A DNA stretch of 63,938 bases, counting the filler, from an uncultured bacterium (GTDB lineage Bacteria > Latescibacterota > UBA2968), in the NCBI GenBank assembly GCA_964471275.1. It is 4 parts of 4 records of this genome, joined end to end, with 100 filler letters (N's around TTAATTAATTAA, not from the genome) between each part and the next. Parts side by side here need not be neighbours in the genome. Positions count along the whole stretch, not along the records: positions 55,290 to 63,938 come from CAYYGZ010000199.1; 3 more parts are not named here. One strand, written 5' to 3'. The position numbers and the translations under genes were made by a program. Below, in pieces: positions 61,080 through 63,938 of the stretch; the first letter of the stretch is position 1, and each line of letters begins with the position of its first letter. The notes beneath the pieces are model-generated. The model was not told where the DNA came from, ran no database searches, and saw nothing but the letters and a program-made list of their open reading frames with translations.

Positions 61080-61819
61080 CTATTTCCTCGCCACGACGAT
61101 TAGACGCCGCGCACGGTCATCATACGCGCTACCGGTCCAATCAGCGAACAGTTCGGCCGTCCTGTATCCCGCAGCCAGCAACTGATCGCGCAACTCGGGA
61201 CCCGAATAGACGTAAACACGGAGCGAGGCCTCGCGGGTGATGCCATCCTTAATCAGCGTCCTCCGCGTCTCAAGCCATTCCCAGTTGGGGCCGGCGTTCC
61301 GCTCCTCGACAAGCCGGTCCCCACCCTCCAGAGTCTCCGCCCCTCGCTTCTGGAAAGCCCGTGCCACAATCTCCTTGCCGTGCAGATCGACAACAAAGAC
61401 GCCCCGGCAGTGAGAGAGGCGAAAACGTTTTCCTGGAGTCGAGCCTCCTCGGATTTGTCGAAGTAGCCGATCGATGAGTAAATACTAATTGCGGCCGGAA
61501 ATCAACACTTGTCCCTGTAGGACCTTCCGTCACCGACCCGAAAGTCGACATTCAGTTTGTCAGCACCGAACCTAGCCCTTGCTTCGCCTATGTAGGAGGC
61601 AGTTCGATCGATACCTGTGACACGATACCCTCAACAGGCAAGCTCCAGGGCGTGTCGTCCTGGCCCACAGCAGATGTCGAGTACCTTGGAACCTAACTAA
61701 ATGCTGGTAAGTTGGAGGATACTATCTACCTCCGCGGGAGCTAGATCCCATCGACGCTTGTGAAACATTGCCGGGTAGAAATTTTCCCAGAATGCATCGG
61801 AATCGTGCCACGGAGACAT
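61080..61819 (-). pseudogene. Class I SAM-dependent methyltransferase, disrupted
   Basis: MSPWHDSDAFW.., stop at 61697, then VLDICCGPGRHALELA, stop, GYRVTGID, SSIGYF, and C-terminal RLIVVARK. Confidence 0.8.
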
Positions 61820-61821
61820 GA

Positions 61822-62985
61822 TCAGTAGACCTGCTCGAGTGCCTTCGCGTTCGGTGTCACGCCAAGTCCCGGTCCCGATGGCAGATGGAAGAACCCGGCC
61901 TCGCAAAACAGATCCCCATCAACATACTGCTTGTTCTTCTCGGCGATCGAGTGCTGATACTCGTGCATGGCAAAGCTGTTGAGCGCGGCACTGGCGTGCA
62001 GGCTTGCCGCCAGATAGACGCCGATCCCGATGCTAGCGTGAGGCATCACCCGGCAGTGGAATCCCTCTGCCATCGCGCAGATCTTCATGAACGACGTGAT
62101 ACCCGTTCGCCCCATCTCGGGTTGAATCACGTCCATACAACGTGCGATAAACCGCGGTCGATACTCGTAGATCGTTCGGTATTCCTCGCCCGTGGCCACA
62201 CTCGTACGGATTGATCGTGCCACCTGCGCCAACCCATCGATGTCTTCCGGTGCAACAGGCGCCTCGACCAAAGCCACATCATACGGTTCGATCCGGCCGA
62301 TCAGGTTGATTGCTTCTGGTGCCGTAAACCGCCAGTGTAGATCCACCAGGATCTGGGTCCGGGAGCCGACGGCCTCTCGAACAGCGATCATCTCTGCCTC
62401 TTCTCCTTCATCCGAGACGGCCGCCGCGAATTTGACGGCACCAAAGCCCTTCTCGACCCAGGACTTTCCGAGCGCCGCACGATCCTCACGCGTCGTGCCC
62501 GGCAATCCTGACACATAAACGGGCAGCCTGTCCGTTCGTCGAGCACCCAGAAGCCTCGAAAGCGGCAGATCGGTCAGCTTTCCTCGGAGATCCCATAGCG
62601 CGATGTCGATCGCCGCGATCGCGTCGTGGTAGAAGCCCCCAAAGAATCCACGAACACGCATGGCATCGTAATGGTCCTCGTAGATCGCCACCACATCGTG
62701 TGGGTCCCGACCGACGACAAGCGGCCCCAGAAGCTCGTCGATGATCGTTGTCACCGTGTGCGGTGTCACGACCGCTACACATTCACCCCACCCGACGTCA
62801 CCTGACTCGGTCATCACCTTCACCAGCACACAATGATCGTAGATGCTGTATACGGTCTTGTTTCGGGGGCGAACAAAGCAACCCGTCTCGTTCGGGGTAT
62901 TTCCCTCTTCGAGCGGGCCGAGATACGGTTCGTCGCGCGGAATCTTCAGCGCATACGATTCGACTGTTGCGATTCGGTCAACCAT
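61822..62985 (-). CDS. Mandelate racemase/muconate lactonizing enzyme family protein
   Basis: GWGE, AAIDIALWDL.GK, AVKF, VDLHW, EAP, GEE, QPE, PH..G, E.Q, PSGPGLG. Confidence 0.9.
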   Translation of the reverse strand: MVDRIATVESYALKIPRDEPYLGPLEEGNTPNETGCFVRPRNKTVYSIYDHCVLVKVMTESGDVGWGECVAVVTPHTVTTIIDELLGPLVVGRDPHDVVAIYEDHYDAMRVRGFFGGFYHDAIAAIDIALWDLRGKLTDLPLSRLLGARRTDRLPVYVSGLPGTTREDRAALGKSWVEKGFGAVKFAAAVSDEGEEAEMIAVREAVGSRTQILVDLHWRFTAPEAINLIGRIEPYDVALVEAPVAPEDIDGLAQVARSIRTSVATGEEYRTIYEYRPRFIARCMDVIQPEMGRTGITSFMKICAMAEGFHCRVMPHASIGIGVYLAASLHASAALNSFAMHEYQHSIAEKNKQYVDGDLFCEAGFFHLPSGPGLGVTPNAKALEQVY

Positions 62986-63011
62986 TAGGCCATCCGGCAA
63001 TAACGCCTAGT

Positions 63012-63938
63012 TGATGAGTGCCACGACATCGTGGATTCTCGTTACCGTGTGTGGTAGTCCCATTCGTCTATTTGGTTCCCGTCAAGCGTCAAGATCATTG
63101 TCTGCTTCTGGTTATCGACCGTAGCCATAACGTATTCGTAGATGGCTTCGGGAGGGACATTGAAGTGTTCTTTAAAGATCGTGAGCACTCCGTCACTTTT
63201 GACGAACCGAACGAAGTGGTATTTGCCCTGTTCTGGTTCGGGAATTGGGTGACGGGATGGTTTCCGGTCACGAGGGAATCTGAGCTCTCTGTTTGAGGAC
63301 GCGAGGACCTTCAGAGGCACGAGCCCGTTGATCGCGCAGAGCTGCCTCGTCTGGCTGAATCACATTTCGTGCCAGGAATTTCTTCTGGTAGTGATCGTTG
63401 AAGCCTTCTACAATGCCGTTTCGCCATGGTTCACGTGGCGGGATGAACCATAGTTCGACGTCGTATAGCAGGCACAGACGTATGAGCATTCCCATCCCGC
63501 GAGGGTGGGTAGGACTGCCATAGAACAACCATTCGTTATCAACTTCCTGGTGGTCAGGTAGGCCAAGACGCTGCCAAATAGCCCAGAAAGCATCAACTGT
63601 GCTCTGTCCTGCTCTCTGAATCAACGGTTCGGTCGCGCATCGTCTCGTGGCCAGATCAATCGAGTTGAGGTTGCAAAACCGTAGTGGCCCCCTCAGGTAG
63701 AGAGGCCCTGCTCGGGCGCCTGGACTGAGAGGCTGATCAATCGGAGACACCCGAGTGGTACCGGTTAAGCCACTTAAATGCACAGCTTCGGCTCCGACCC
63801 AAGCTCGCAGCAACCTGTGCGACACTCTCGCCAAATACGATACGCTTGACTGCTAGCTCGCGATCTTGGCGGTCTGACCTTTTTGAGTCACCAAACGCCT
63901 CCTAATTTTAGAAGCAAAATACGACCATTCCACGATGT
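63012..63938 (-). mobile_element. Insertion sequence remnant (rve/integrase-core DDE transposase, frameshifted and internally deleted)
   Basis: IDLATR, GLP....DN, FIPPREPWRNGIVEGFN motifs and a C-terminal fragment (63042-63320); terminal repeat GAGTGCCACGACATCGTGGA whose complement (TCCACGATGT) starts at the window end. Confidence 0.75.

Overview
GC-rich bacterial DNA made of four unrelated contigs joined by artificial 100-nt N/TTAATTAATTAA linkers (18375-18474, 36802-36901, 55190-55289), so gene adjacency across the linkers means nothing. The gene mix (many Gfo/Idh/MocA, URO-D-like, enolase-superfamily, sulfatase and DUF6785-like genes) resembles Latescibacterota/Poribacteria-type heterotrophs; this is inference. 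Contig 1: sugar-acid oxidoreductases, a large membrane protein, pyrH-like and GHMP kinases, purD..purE, dinB, an amber-interrupted TlpA, an atypical 639-aa transaldolase-family protein, partial dapB. Contig 2: frameshifted PhoD-like gene, alginate lyase, sulfatase, enolase-family enzyme, HDAC-pheA-aminotransferase, mnmA, two URO-D-like genes. Contig 3: parA, ppdK, HlyD-like gene, tRNA-Lys(UUU), a sulfur-carrier-type cysteine cluster (cysH, cysM, mec, flavoprotein, MoaD/CysO ending GG-C, Rrf2, cysK), rpsT, and an array of at least 4 O-antigen-ligase/TPR fusions. Contig 4: CE7 esterase, Gfo, DUF genes, LarA, haloacid dehalogenase, enolase-family enzyme and an IS remnant. Several pseudogenes are present. 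The best candidates for undescribed biology are the GG-Cys sulfur-carrier cluster with its flavoprotein and operator-like palindromes, the ligase-TPR array, and the non-canonical transaldolase. All family calls come from motif recognition by eye; no searches were run.
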